Part shown: one piece after another, positions 18,807 through 28,740 of the stretch
Layout: each line of letters starts with the position of its first letter
Position numbering within the stretch: the first letter of the stretch is position 1
Source of the DNA: Chloroflexota bacterium
GTDB taxonomy: Bacteria; Chloroflexota; UBA11872
Direction: 5' to 3'
DNA length: 64,000 bases
Assembly: GCA_965247475.1 (NCBI GenBank)
Contig: OZ252016.1
Span: 1,951,625-2,015,624 of the forward strand
Made by a program: the position numbers and the translations under genes
The notes under the pieces: model-generated
Seen by the model: the letters and a program-made list of their open reading frames with translations, nothing else
Database searches by the model: none
Told to the model about the DNA's origin: nothing

Positions 18807-19991
18807 ATGATCAGCAAGTTCGACACCTTCTATGGCGGCCACGTGGAGATGACGAGCCTTGGATTCGACGGCACGCCGGTCGACGGCCGATCACTCTCGA
18901 ACGAGCACCTGGCGTCGGTGGTGGACGAGTCCCTGGCCTTTGCCGAGCTCATGGACGCCGCCGGCTACGACACGCTCTGGCTGGGCGAGCACCACTTCCA
19001 GCGCGAGGGCTATGGGGGCGTCTCGAATCTCCCATTATTCAGCGTGTATCTCGCCCAGCACACGGAGCGGCTCCACTTCGGCGGGTTCTTCAACACCCTG
19101 CCGGTCTGGCACCCGCTTCGAATCGCCGAGGACTACGCGCTGGCCGACATCATGACCGGCGGTCGCGTGCGCTTCGGCATCGGGCGCGGCTACATCCCCC
19201 GCGAGGTCGAGACGCTGGGGGCGCCGCTGCTGGACGCCGAGGCCAACCGCGACCTGTTCGAAGAGCAACTCGAAATCGTGCTCAAGGCATGGACCGAACC
19301 GGCGTTCTCGCACGAGGGCGCGCACTACACGATCCCTCCCAGGATTCCGTATCGCTTCGGCGAGTTGTCGGACATCACCCTCGTCCCACGGCCCGTCCAT
19401 GGACCGCTGGAGATCTGGCAGCCGATCACCAGCGGCACCCAACGCGGCATGGATTTCATGGCCAAGCACGGCATCAAGGGGGTCATCGCCGGCGGCACGG
19501 CGCCCGGCGGGCAGGCCGACCACGCCGCGGTGCTCTACCGCGAGGCGCTGGCGCGGGCCGGGCGCGAGACGCTGCTCGGTGAGGACCTCGCTATCGGCGT
19601 GCAGATCCATATCGCCGAGACCCGCGAGCAGGCGCTCCGCGAGGCAGCGCTCTACTACGAAGAACAGCTCAGGGTGCTGGCGCCGCTCGGACGAATGCCC
19701 CACCTGACGGCCGAGCAGATACGCGCGACCGCCGATCCGGCGGCCGCGCGCGAGGCCGGGCTACCCACGATCGAGGACGCCGACCGCGAGGGCACCTGGC
19801 TGTGCGGTTCACCCGAGTACATTCGCGATTACATCCACGAGCTGGGCGAGCGCTTTCCCGGCCTCGAGCGCGTCTTCGTGCAGACCGGAGGTCTGGGTCT
19901 GCCGCCCTCCGTCGCGCGCGCCGATCTGGAATGGTTCGCGCAAGATGTCATGCCTGCCCTGCAAGGCGCGGCGTCGGCACGCCAACCTTGA
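18807..19991 (+). CDS. LLM class flavin-dependent oxidoreductase (luciferase-like)
   Basis: GYDTLWLGEHHF, WHPLRIAEDYALADIMTGGRVRFGIGRGY. Start at ATG 18807. Confidence 0.93.
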   Translation: MISKFDTFYGGHVEMTSLGFDGTPVDGRSLSNEHLASVVDESLAFAELMDAAGYDTLWLGEHHFQREGYGGVSNLPLFSVYLAQHTERLHFGGFFNTLPVWHPLRIAEDYALADIMTGGRVRFGIGRGYIPREVETLGAPLLDAEANRDLFEEQLEIVLKAWTEPAFSHEGAHYTIPPRIPYRFGELSDITLVPRPVHGPLEIWQPITSGTQRGMDFMAKHGIKGVIAGGTAPGGQADHAAVLYREALARAGRETLLGEDLAIGVQIHIAETREQALREAALYYEEQLRVLAPLGRMPHLTAEQIRATADPAAAREAGLPTIEDADREGTWLCGSPEYIRDYIHELGERFPGLERVFVQTGGLGLPPSVARADLEWFAQDVMPALQGAASARQP

Positions 19992-20013
19992 CCAGCTGAC
20001 GGGGAGCTGACGG

Positions 20014-20406
20014 ATGGCTCGATTGCGAGCCCGGCGGACGACGGCTCTGTTTGCCCTGCTTGCGCTGGGGGCAATGCTCCTGGCCGCGTGCGGGAGCGAG
20101 AGCACCGAGCCCGAGAGCTCGCAGCCGCCGGGCGTCTCGGATCGAGCGGCGTGCAACGCGGCGTTCGAGGAGCTGTCGCGGATCGCGGACTTGCGCGAAG
20201 AGGACCTGGACCCCGCGGTGCGCGCCTGCGCAACGATCGAGGATTGGGAAGCGGCGGCGGACGCTTTTCCAAACGTGCTGTCGCATTCGAACAAGGTGCT
20301 GCCCTTGTCCAATCGCTGCCGGGCGCTCAACGACCCGCCGATATGCCGGCAGCTCGGCGGATACCTGCGGAAGGCTGATCTCAACCGCGCCTTCAGCTTT
20401 CGGTAG
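20014..20406 (+). CDS. Small hypothetical lipoprotein with four additional Cys
   Basis: Signal ...LLAACGS; helical body with ACN, RAC, NRC, PIC. Confidence 0.65.
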   Translation: MARLRARRTTALFALLALGAMLLAACGSESTEPESSQPPGVSDRAACNAAFEELSRIADLREEDLDPAVRACATIEDWEAAADAFPNVLSHSNKVLPLSNRCRALNDPPICRQLGGYLRKADLNRAFSFR

Positions 20407-20479
20407 GCGGGTTTCCTCAGGCGGGAGGCAGGCGGCCGGCCGCTTCGAGGTGAGGCTCCAGGCGGCTCACCGCTCCTCT

Positions 20480-20541
20480 GTGAAGGCGAGGGAACTCGCC
20501 GGTCCGGTGGCCGTGAGGTTCCTCGCTGCGCTCGAATGACA
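20480..20541. repeat. Intergenic repeat (partial C plus B)
   Basis: GGCGAGGGAACTCGCCGGTCCGGTGGCCGTGAGGTTCCTCGCTGCGCTCGAATGACA. Confidence 0.75.
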
Positions 20542-20641
20542 TGCGGGTTGCAGGGTCCGTCGAGCTGGGCCGCATTCATCACGGACGGCTGCCGCACGTC
20601 CTTCCACGCCGATAGCGAGTCGGTCGACTTCGACGCGTCGC

Positions 20642-21580
20642 CTAGGGCTCGGCTAGGCTGACGGAGTCAAGGAACGGCCGTCCGTCGGTGGTCAGGTTCC
20701 ACTCCTGTCCGTCGGCTGCGATCGCGACGATCCGGCGCGAGTACTCACCCGGCGGAAGCGATTCCCCCGTCCTTTCCGAGACGATCCCACCCGTCAGCGG
20801 GAACGGCACTTTCGGCGACGGCGAGTCTATGTAGAACGTCTCGATAAAGGGCTGGACGGCGTCGCCGTCCAGCATCAACCGTACGTGAACGATCGGCTGG
20901 TTGAAGCTGCAACCGGCCGAGTTGACTGCGTCGGCGGCGGTGCGCAGGGGATCGTCCAGCGAGTCTAGGATCAGCCCGCGCTCGCCGCCGATCAACGTGC
21001 TCGCGCACTCGCCCGTCAGAACGGACGCGCCGGGGAGTCTCAGTCCGAACTCGTAGGAGACGTCGACGTTGCCCTGCTCCCACTGAGCGGTGACCCGGAC
21101 CTTGTAGTCGCCGGGCCCCTGATCCAGCTCGAACACGCGCAGCACCGTTGACAATCGCTTGAAATCGACGTGGACCTCGCCCGGCTCGGTCACCACGAGC
21201 GCGAACAGCCCCTTGGGCCGCGCGTCGGATTCGATTCGGACGGTCAGCGGCTCGTCGGGAGCGATCTCCGTGTAGGAGTCGACGCCGCGCCAAGGGGCCG
21301 GTTCCAAGCACTTGCGGTGAGGCTGATCGTCGACCGCCCAACAGGAGATCCCCCGCGAGCCCTCGATGGCCTCACCCTGGTACTCCAGAGACAGTACGGG
21401 CAGCGGCAACCCCGATCCTCCGGCCCGCTCGGTGGGCACAGCGCCGATCGCGGGACCGTCGCCGGGTTCCTCCACCGGCTGGCTCCGCCCGCATGCGGCG
21501 GCCAGCGTCAGCACCGATACCGCGATCAACGCCGCGACAGTTCTCAGAACCGAGGCGAGGGTATTGGCGCCAAGGTGCAC
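20642..21580 (-). CDS. Hypothetical lipoprotein (two beta-rich domains)
   Basis: Hydrophobic stretch ending LAAACG, coding-like composition. Start GTG 21580 is inferred. Confidence 0.65.
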   Translation of the reverse strand: MHLGANTLASVLRTVAALIAVSVLTLAAACGRSQPVEEPGDGPAIGAVPTERAGGSGLPLPVLSLEYQGEAIEGSRGISCWAVDDQPHRKCLEPAPWRGVDSYTEIAPDEPLTVRIESDARPKGLFALVVTEPGEVHVDFKRLSTVLRVFELDQGPGDYKVRVTAQWEQGNVDVSYEFGLRLPGASVLTGECASTLIGGERGLILDSLDDPLRTAADAVNSAGCSFNQPIVHVRLMLDGDAVQPFIETFYIDSPSPKVPFPLTGGIVSERTGESLPPGEYSRRIVAIAADGQEWNLTTDGRPFLDSVSLAEP

Positions 21581-21623
21581 CGACCGGTCTCGGACTAGAT
21601 TGGCGTCGTTGTCGCCAGCCGTC

Positions 21624-22220
21624 TCAATCACGCGTGATGACGAGCTCGATGGTCTCCGGCTCGACCGGCGGAGGCGCGGCGGCATCTCGGTAGAAGCCCA
21701 GCTTCTCGAACAGGCGGCGGCTTCGAGGGTTGTGTCTGTAGACGATCCCGTAGATCGCATCCGCACCCTCGTTCTCGAATCCGAAGCTCGTCAACAGCGA
21801 AACGGCCTCCGTGCCAAGGCCTTGGCTCCAGAGGTCCTTGGCGCCGATGACGATATCGATCCGGCGCACGTCTCTGCCGCGATGGCGATCGACGATGGCC
21901 TGCAGATTCATGCGCTGAAGCCAGCACTCGCCAATAGCTCGGGCCTCGAACTCGATGATGAAGCAGAAAGCATGCGCGCAGACGGACCGATAGATGGCCT
22001 GAGTCTCAGCGAGGCCGCACGGCTCGGCGCCAGGCCCATCGGTGAGGTACAGGACATCAGGATCGCGGTTCCAGGCGAGGAGCGAGGGCCAGTCATCCTC
22101 GGTCATCGGGCGCAGGCGGACCCGCTCGCCGTCGAGCACGACGTCGTGCGAAGCGATTCGTGCCGGCGGGTTGTCGCGCGTGAAGGCGAAGGCTGGCGTC
22201 ACTTCTGGTGAATCGGCCAT
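21624..22220 (-). CDS. GNAT family N-acetyltransferase (RimJ/RimL-like)
   Basis: ERVRLRPMTEDD, IGECWL, IDIVIGAKDLWSQGLGTEAV, NPRSRRLFEKLGF. Confidence 0.88.
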   Translation of the reverse strand: MADSPEVTPAFAFTRDNPPARIASHDVVLDGERVRLRPMTEDDWPSLLAWNRDPDVLYLTDGPGAEPCGLAETQAIYRSVCAHAFCFIIEFEARAIGECWLQRMNLQAIVDRHRGRDVRRIDIVIGAKDLWSQGLGTEAVSLLTSFGFENEGADAIYGIVYRHNPRSRRLFEKLGFYRDAAAPPPVEPETIELVITRD

Positions 22221-22373
22221 CGCGCGCGGCCCTCGGTCGCAATCTCCGAGACAGGCCCCGCCGCCATCATAGAGTCGCCGCCGTCGTCGATCCGATCGGC
22301 CGATTTCCCACCCCGGGTAGCCGTCGCTCGGCACCGAACAGTGCAGCGAGGGGGATCGTCTCGCGGATTTGCG

Positions 22374-23318
22374 TCAGCCGGCGGTTGACCCCGAGGCCTG
22401 AAGCGCGGCTTCCAGCTGCGCGCGCTGCGGGAGCGCCTCGACGACGCCCCGCTTCGTGACGACGTGGGCGCCGGCGTGGTTCGCCCGCTCGACCGCGTCG
22501 CGCAGCTCGCGCCCCTCGGCCACGGCCGCGGCCAGCGCGGCGTTGAACCCGTCGCCCGCGCCGGTAGTGTCCACCACCGCTACGGGCTGCCCCTCGCAGT
22601 GCTCGTAGCCGTCGTCCGTCACGATCATTGCTCCCTGGTCGCCGAGCGTCAGGACGACGGTGCGGACACCTTGCCCCAGAATGAGCGCGGCGACGTCCCG
22701 GTCCGGCCGGGGGTCGTCAGGCGCCAAGCCCGCCAGCACGCGTGCCTCGGTCTGGTTGGGCGTGAGGATGTCCACCCGGCGCAGCAACTCGCGGGGCAAG
22801 GGAGTCGCGGGCGCCGGATTCAGAATCGTGGTCACGCCGTGGCGCCGACCCAGATCAAGCGCCGCCGCCACGGTCGGAACCGGGATCTCCATTTGGGTGA
22901 GCAAGACGTGGCTCGCCCCCGCGGCCACCGCGAAGCCTTCCAGATGCTCCGGGCTGAGCAGCGAATTGGCGCCGGGGTCGGTGACGATGCGGTTGTCGCC
23001 ATCGGGATCGAGCAGGATGAAACCGACCATCGTCGCCGCGTCGGACGTGGTCACAACGGCCGTCGCATCCACGCCTTCACGGCGCCAGAGCTCCAGCGCA
23101 TCGGCGCCGAACGCGTCGTCGCCGACGCAGGCCAGCAGCACAACGCAAACCCCGAGCCGGGCGGCGCCGATCGCCTGATTCGACCCTTTACCGCCGTGCC
23201 CCGACGAGAAGCCCGAGCCGAGGACCGTCTCGCCCTTGGCGGGAAACCGGGGCGACTGGATCCACATTCCCACGCCGTAGCTGCCCACGACGGCCACGGA
23301 CGGCCGGTCGATGCTCAC
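22374..23318 (-). CDS. rbsK: Ribokinase
   Basis: VVGS, GGKGSNQAIGAARLG, ILNPAPA, TPNQTEA, VDTTGAGDGFN. Confidence 0.9.
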   Translation of the reverse strand: MSIDRPSVAVVGSYGVGMWIQSPRFPAKGETVLGSGFSSGHGGKGSNQAIGAARLGVCVVLLACVGDDAFGADALELWRREGVDATAVVTTSDAATMVGFILLDPDGDNRIVTDPGANSLLSPEHLEGFAVAAGASHVLLTQMEIPVPTVAAALDLGRRHGVTTILNPAPATPLPRELLRRVDILTPNQTEARVLAGLAPDDPRPDRDVAALILGQGVRTVVLTLGDQGAMIVTDDGYEHCEGQPVAVVDTTGAGDGFNAALAAAVAEGRELRDAVERANHAGAHVVTKRGVVEALPQRAQLEAALQASGSTAG

Positions 23319-23451
23319 GAATGCGCGTCCGATTCAGAGCTACGGTCGGCGGCCCCAATGTACCCCGGCGCGTTCGGATCAGTGTGGGCGCGGCGGACCT
23401 CCCACGAGGCAGGCAGCCCGCCCGGCGCTTGCCGAGCGGGACGCCGTGCAA

Positions 23452-23570
23452 CTCCTTCGACGGATTCTGGACAGGCCCTTCGCTGCGCGTTGGAATGACC
23501 GTCAACCGGCTGCACCGCCGACTGCCCAGCTCCCCTGGACCCCCCGGCGTCCGCCGGGGTGACGGGGCGG
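23452..23570. repeat. Intergenic repeat cluster (A-like, GGAATGAC, E)
   Basis: GGAATGACCGTCAAC...CCCCTGGACCCCCCGGCGTCCGCCGGGGTGACGG matches 29974-30056. Confidence 0.75.
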
Positions 23571-23608
23571 GTGTCTCCGGGTTTGCGGCGCTGCCTATGG
23601 GCGCGCCG

Positions 23609-24190
23609 TTAGCATGTGCTGGCGACGTCGAAGCACGGGGTCTGGCCCTGGCAACCACCGCCAGCTGCCCGTACCGACGGCTTGTAGCAGACGGCAAAGG
23701 TGTACTCGAGGCGCTTGGCCGGCTCGCCGGTTCGACTGGCGGGGTCCCGCTCGTCGAACTCCAGCACGAAGGAGGTGTCTCCAACTTTGACAGGCCGGAA
23801 CTCGAGGACCTTCGTCGCGATGCCCGGATCGCCGATCAGATCGCCCGTCTCGAAGGCGAGCACTTCGTTCACCTTGTACCACTCGACCAGGAACGGATCC
23901 GGCTTTGTCGCGAAGCGCCAGCGAAGGCTGGAGGCATCGTCGCCCTCCAGCGTCAGGATTACTCCCTTCTTGTCCAGCGCGCCGATGTCGGCTTGAAACG
24001 TCGGCGCGTTGATCGTCGTGCCGGCGTCGGCCTCGGTAAGGAGCAGATCCGCGTCGGTCACCATCTTGCCCGTCGCCACGGAGTATTGCCCGGGCTCATC
24101 TCCGACAACGCTCTCGCCGCAAGCGCCCAGCGTCGCGAGCGACGAGAGCGCCAGCAGCCCGAGCATTCGTCGCCGCTCTATCGCGCGCAT
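23609..24190 (-). CDS. Paralogous lipoprotein family member 3
   Basis: MRAIERRRMLG...LGAC; shared core; closest to member 1 (SVATG, PTFQADIG, AVCY); tail carries 4 Cys. Confidence 0.9.
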   Translation of the reverse strand: MRAIERRRMLGLLALSSLATLGACGESVVGDEPGQYSVATGKMVTDADLLLTEADAGTTINAPTFQADIGALDKKGVILTLEGDDASSLRWRFATKPDPFLVEWYKVNEVLAFETGDLIGDPGIATKVLEFRPVKVGDTSFVLEFDERDPASRTGEPAKRLEYTFAVCYKPSVRAAGGGCQGQTPCFDVASTC

Positions 24191-24303
24191 CCCCCCGGCC
24201 TCCTGTTCTTGGCCGAGCCAGATTCGGCCACGCCGACCCTGCACACGGAACAGGATAGCGCTGCGGGCGTCGCGAGGCGCGCGGGATCGCCCGGTGGGGA
24301 ACG

Positions 24304-24627
24304 GCTCCTTCGACGGACTCAGGAACACACAAGGCCCTCAACTTGATACCCAGGAATGGCGTGCGGGCACCGCGAGTTCGGGCGACCCACAAAACGGCAT
24401 GGTTGGGGACGAGACGACGGTGGCGCTGGACCCCTCACCCTAACCCTCTCCCCATGGGCGAGGGAGCTCGACGGTCCGGCGGCCATGAGATTCCGCGCTC
24501 CGCTTGGAATGACATTGCCTGGCGGCCGCCGGGCGAAGTTCGTGCGCTATATCTGGGACATCCCGACCTAGGGGTCCGGCCACCGGGCTCTAGCTGGGAC
24601 TTCCCAACCTGAAGGTCGGGCCACCGG
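24304..24627. repeat. Composite intergenic repeat cluster (A, C, B, D, D)
   Basis: CCTTCGACGGACTCAGG; CCCTCACCCTAACCCTCTCCCATGGGCGAGGG; ATGAGATTCCGCGCTCCGCTTGGAATGACA; CCAACCTGAAGGTCGGGCCACC. Confidence 0.8.
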
Positions 24628-24682
24628 TGGGGCCACTGAGCCGGTGGTATCGTCGCGCGGTCACGCACCACGCGGAGACCCC

Positions 24683-26308
24683 ATGGCCCACCTGGACGCG
24701 ATCGAGTTGCTGATCGGCGACGCGCCGCAGTTCTTCTTCGACAACGGCCTCGTCGACGAGCTGCAGAACGTCACGCGCACGCTGCACCGGCCCGTCAACA
24801 TCGATGGCAACCCGCTCATCCAGCCGGACCGGCCCTGGGAGCACGTGACGTATTTCTCGTGCTCGGACTGGAGCCTCTGGCGCGACCGCGCGACCGGCCG
24901 GTTTCATTGCACGTACTCGGATCTCCAGTTGGATCGGGATCGACTGACCCGCGAGGGTGGCGCGTTCATCGATTGGGCCAACAGCCGCCACCGAGTCTGT
25001 TACGCGTACTCCGACGACGGTCTCGAGTGGGTCAAGCCCGCGCTGGGGCAGGTGCACGAGGACGGGCACGACACCAACATCGTCCTGGGCAGCGAAACCT
25101 ACGGGAACGTGTGGGGCCTATCCGTGCTCGAGGACCCGTTGGAAGACGATCCCGACCGACGCTACAAGGGGTTGCATTTCATGGTGCCGCCCGGCTACGC
25201 GGCGGCGCGCGACGTGCCGGGCGCCTACGTCCGGCTCGCCACCTCACCCGATGGGGCGCACTGGACGGTGGCCGACGAACAACCCTGGTTTGGGCGCGCC
25301 GGCGGGCGCCTGGGCGATGTGATGTCGTCCAGCTTCGATCCGGACACCGGCGCGTACCTGCTCTACACGCGGCACCCATGGATGGGGCTGGCACCGCGGA
25401 GCCGCGCGATGCACACGCGGGAACAGGGCGGGGACCCCGGATTCGATGTGGCGCTCGATACGCCCAACCGGCGCGCCCGGCGGCGCATATACCTCTCCGA
25501 AAGCCGCGACTACCTGCGCTGGAGCGATCCGCGCCTGATCCTGGCGCCAGAACCGGTGCTCGACAACGAGGACGACGCGTTCTACGGCATGAAGCCGATG
25601 CGGCTCGGCGGCCAGTGGATCGGGTTCCTGCAGGTGTTCCACATGGTGAGCAATACGCTCGACGTGCAGCTGGTCCACAGCCGCGACGGGCGCACCTGGC
25701 ATCGGTTGTTCCCTGGGCAGGCCTGGCTGCAGTGCGGCCCGGCGGGCGCCTGGGACCAGTTCTACACGAGTCTGCCGCGCATCCCGGATGTGGACGGCGA
25801 CGAGTGGTTGGTCTACCACGGCGGCGCCAAGAACCACCACGACTGGTGGATCGTGGGCCAGATCGAGGGGATGGACGCGCCGGAGGCGTGGGATTGGAAC
25901 GCGGTCGGCTTTGCCATGGGGTTGGCCAAGCTGCGAAGGAACGGGTTTGTGTCGCTCGACGCGAACCGCATGCGCGAGGGCATGATCCTCACGCAGCCTT
26001 GGGTGTCCGCGGGCGATCGGGTGGTCATCAATGCGGCGTGCGGTCCGGACGGCTACGTGAAGGTCGAGGCGCTGGACGTGCACGACCAAGTGCTGCCTGG
26101 ACGGACGCGCGACGATTGCGACGCCTTCACCGGCGATGCGATCGAGCATGTGGTGACGTGGCGCGGCGACCCGGATCTGCCGGTGGAGGGGCAAGACACC
26201 GGCGAGGTCTACGGCCGCCGGCTGCCATACCGGCGGCTGCGCTTCATCCTGCGTGACGCGGCGGTCTATTCGTTCCAGATCGCCAGCTCGGGCGACGCCG
26301 GGGACTAG
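24683..26308 (+). CDS. Hypothetical protein, probable beta-propeller glycoside-hydrolase-like fold
   Basis: Repeated (T)SxDG.xW Asp-box-like motifs (YSDDGLEW, TSPDGAHW, ESRDYLRW, HSRDGRTW) and LRRNGFVSL before a C-terminal beta domain. Confidence 0.7.
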   Translation: MAHLDAIELLIGDAPQFFFDNGLVDELQNVTRTLHRPVNIDGNPLIQPDRPWEHVTYFSCSDWSLWRDRATGRFHCTYSDLQLDRDRLTREGGAFIDWANSRHRVCYAYSDDGLEWVKPALGQVHEDGHDTNIVLGSETYGNVWGLSVLEDPLEDDPDRRYKGLHFMVPPGYAAARDVPGAYVRLATSPDGAHWTVADEQPWFGRAGGRLGDVMSSSFDPDTGAYLLYTRHPWMGLAPRSRAMHTREQGGDPGFDVALDTPNRRARRRIYLSESRDYLRWSDPRLILAPEPVLDNEDDAFYGMKPMRLGGQWIGFLQVFHMVSNTLDVQLVHSRDGRTWHRLFPGQAWLQCGPAGAWDQFYTSLPRIPDVDGDEWLVYHGGAKNHHDWWIVGQIEGMDAPEAWDWNAVGFAMGLAKLRRNGFVSLDANRMREGMILTQPWVSAGDRVVINAACGPDGYVKVEALDVHDQVLPGRTRDDCDAFTGDAIEHVVTWRGDPDLPVEGQDTGEVYGRRLPYRRLRFILRDAAVYSFQIASSGDAGD

Positions 26309-26651
26309 GCAGGCCCCGGCGTTCCGGTCCGGCCACAAGGGCGGCAACGTGGACTCAGGCTCACACTAGGCTCCAGACGTACCGCCATCCGCCGGTTGTG
26401 CCTCGGGCGGCGGCCATTCGCGAGCGCCCGGGCCGGCGCCGATGACCGGCAGACACGAGATGCGCAGCCGCGCGAACCCCAACGGGATCAATCGAATCGA
26501 CTCCTCCGGCTCGTCAGAGTGGATCGGGCCGGGCCGCAGCTCCTGGACGGTGTGGTCCTCGAGGCCCCAGTTGGGGATGCGTGGGGCGGTATTCTGATCC
26601 ACGGGAACGAATGGCTCGGTCGCCTGAGTTCGACCGGGAGGAGGCCCAGCG

Positions 26652-27188
26652 ATGCGAGCGATAGGCCGCCGACGGATGCTCGGCTTGGTTGCGATTTCGG
26701 CGGTCGCCGTCCTCACCGCCTGCGGCGAAGCCGGTGCGACCGCCGACGATGACGACGGCGTGATCTACTCGACCGTCCGTCCGCGCCTGGTCCAGCACAT
26801 GCTGCTGACCGAGGCCGACGCCGGCAAAGTCATCGAGCTGGAGGTCTTCGTTGTCAGCATCCTGGAGCCGAACAAGAAGGGCACCGAGATCGAGCTCACC
26901 GGTGACGACGCTTCCTCCCTGCGCTGGCGCTTCGCCGAGAAGCCGGACCCGTGGGTCGTCGAGTGGGTCAAGGTGGATGGGCAGGACGCCTTCGAGACCG
27001 ACGGGTTGATCGGCGACACGGCCACCGCCGCCAAGCTCTTGGAACTACACGGCATCGGCCGCGGCGAGACATCCCTGGTGCTTGAGCTGGTCGAGATGGA
27101 CCCGGCCAAGCGCACCGGCGAGCCGGCGAAGCGCCTCGAGTACAGCTTCAGCTTGGCCGGGACCACCGATCTCTTCACGCCGAAGTAG
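26652..27188 (+). CDS. Paralogous lipoprotein family member 4
   Basis: MRAIGRRRMLG...LTAC; shared core; short tail SLAGTTDLFTPK. Confidence 0.9.
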   Translation: MRAIGRRRMLGLVAISAVAVLTACGEAGATADDDDGVIYSTVRPRLVQHMLLTEADAGKVIELEVFVVSILEPNKKGTEIELTGDDASSLRWRFAEKPDPWVVEWVKVDGQDAFETDGLIGDTATAAKLLELHGIGRGETSLVLELVEMDPAKRTGEPAKRLEYSFSLAGTTDLFTPK

Positions 27189-27197
27189 ACCTCACCC

Positions 27198-27560
27198 ATG
27201 GCGCGGGTGCGACGCGAGGTTCGATCCACCCGCGACGATGGTTATGACGCAGCCCGCGTCATCCACAACGCCATGATCTCCAAACGGCCGACGTTGATCG
27301 TTCGCCGCACCGGCGTCGCGGACATCATTGACGCCGTCAACTTCGGGCGCGAGCCGAGCACCGCTTGCTGCTCTCCGTCCGGGGCACGCGACACAACGTG
27401 GCCGGAACTTCGCTTGCCGAGGGTGGACTAACGATCGACCTGCCCCTCATGAGCAGCGCCCGGGTCGATCTCCGGCGGCGCAGCGTACGCGTGGGCGGCG
27501 GCGCGACGTGGGGCGACGTATCACGAAGCGCCGCCCTCGAGGTAACCAGATCCCAGGTAC
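27198..27560 (+). pseudogene. FAD-binding oxidoreductase (berberine-bridge/GlcD-like) N-terminal fragment
   Basis: DDGYDAARVIHNAMISKRPTLIVR..GVADIIDAVNF | LSVRGTRHNVAGTSLAEGGLTIDL..MSSARVD....VRVGGGATWGDV across a frameshift; the rest of the gene is missing. Confidence 0.8.
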
Positions 27561-27954
27561 ACCGGACGTGCTCGAGCGGCGCGGATCACACTGCCTGCGC
27601 ATGGGCTGCTGCGCGGTTGCACGGGCGGGCTGATGATCAATGGCATGCACGCGGTGAAATCCGCCGAGGACGCGCAGGCGGCGCATACCGTCGTCCGAGA
27701 CGTCCCCAGGTTTTCGAGCCGCCGACGTGTCGTCCGGCCATTGATTTGACCGACGCTTGGCACGGCCCACGCGCGGCCGCCTGAGAGGAGCATTCCGAGC
27801 GATGCTGCCGCTACAGCAATCCGGGTCGAGCCGTAGGATGTCCTCTTCCCGAGCAGACGCGACACCTCGGCCGCTGTCGGGGACCCGCTCGCAGCATGTA
27901 GCGTGCAGATGCTGACGCGCCGTCCTTGAACCTAATGGCAGCCGTCACTTGCGA

Positions 27955-27994
27955 CCCCCTCACTCTGCCCCTCTCCCTCGATGGAGAGGGAACT
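27955..27994. repeat. Module C palindromic repeat
   Basis: CCCCCTCACTCTGCCCCTCTCCCTCGATGGAGAGGGAACT. Confidence 0.7.
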
Positions 27995-28079
27995 TCGCAT
28001 GCGCACCCGTCGCCATATCCCGGGATCAGGACGAGCTAGGCTGACGGGTGGGGCCGGGGCGCCGATCGGGAGCGGTCAC

Positions 28080-28664
28080 ATGCGGCATCCGATAATTCGA
28101 ATGGTGGCCGCCGCGGCGATCGCGGCCGTAAGCCTGCTGGTCGTGGCTTGCGGAGAAGGCGCGGATGCCCCCGGCGCGGCGGAGGACGAGAGCCCAGCCC
28201 GTTCGGCGGCGACCAGTCGCCAGCAATCCGAGAACCTGGTGCTCACCGAGACCGATGCGGGACAGGCGATCGAGATACCGATCTACAACTACGACATCGG
28301 GCTGCCCGACAAGAAGGGGCCCGAGCTCGCGCTGACGGGCGACGACGCGTCGTCGCTGCGCTGGGCCTTGGTGCAGAAGCCGGACACCCTCTTCGTCGAA
28401 TGGGCCAAGGTTGATGGCAAGCTCGCGTTCGAGACGGATGGCCTGATCGGCGACCCGACCACGGCCGCCAAGGTCCTGGAATTTCGGGGCAACGCGGCGG
28501 GGGAGACAACAGTGGTCGTGGAGCTGGTCGAGCGCGACCCGGCCAGTCGCGCCGGCGAGCCCGCGAAACGGCTCGAATACACATTCGCGGTGAGCGTGCG
28601 CGATGACACCGGGAGGCTGCAGGCGTTCCCCGGCCAGTCGGAGGCGATAAGGGGATACAAGTAA
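28080..28664 (+). CDS. Paralogous lipoprotein family member 5
   Basis: VVAC lipobox; shared core; tail AVSVRDDTGRLQAFPGQSEAIRGYK. Confidence 0.9.
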   Translation: MRHPIIRMVAAAAIAAVSLLVVACGEGADAPGAAEDESPARSAATSRQQSENLVLTETDAGQAIEIPIYNYDIGLPDKKGPELALTGDDASSLRWALVQKPDTLFVEWAKVDGKLAFETDGLIGDPTTAAKVLEFRGNAAGETTVVVELVERDPASRAGEPAKRLEYTFAVSVRDDTGRLQAFPGQSEAIRGYK

Positions 28665-28740
28665 CCTGCCCCCGACGAGCGGTCCAGGTCTAGCAACCGG
28701 CCGGCGCCGCGCGGGGGTCCGCTCGCAGGTGGTTGGCGGC

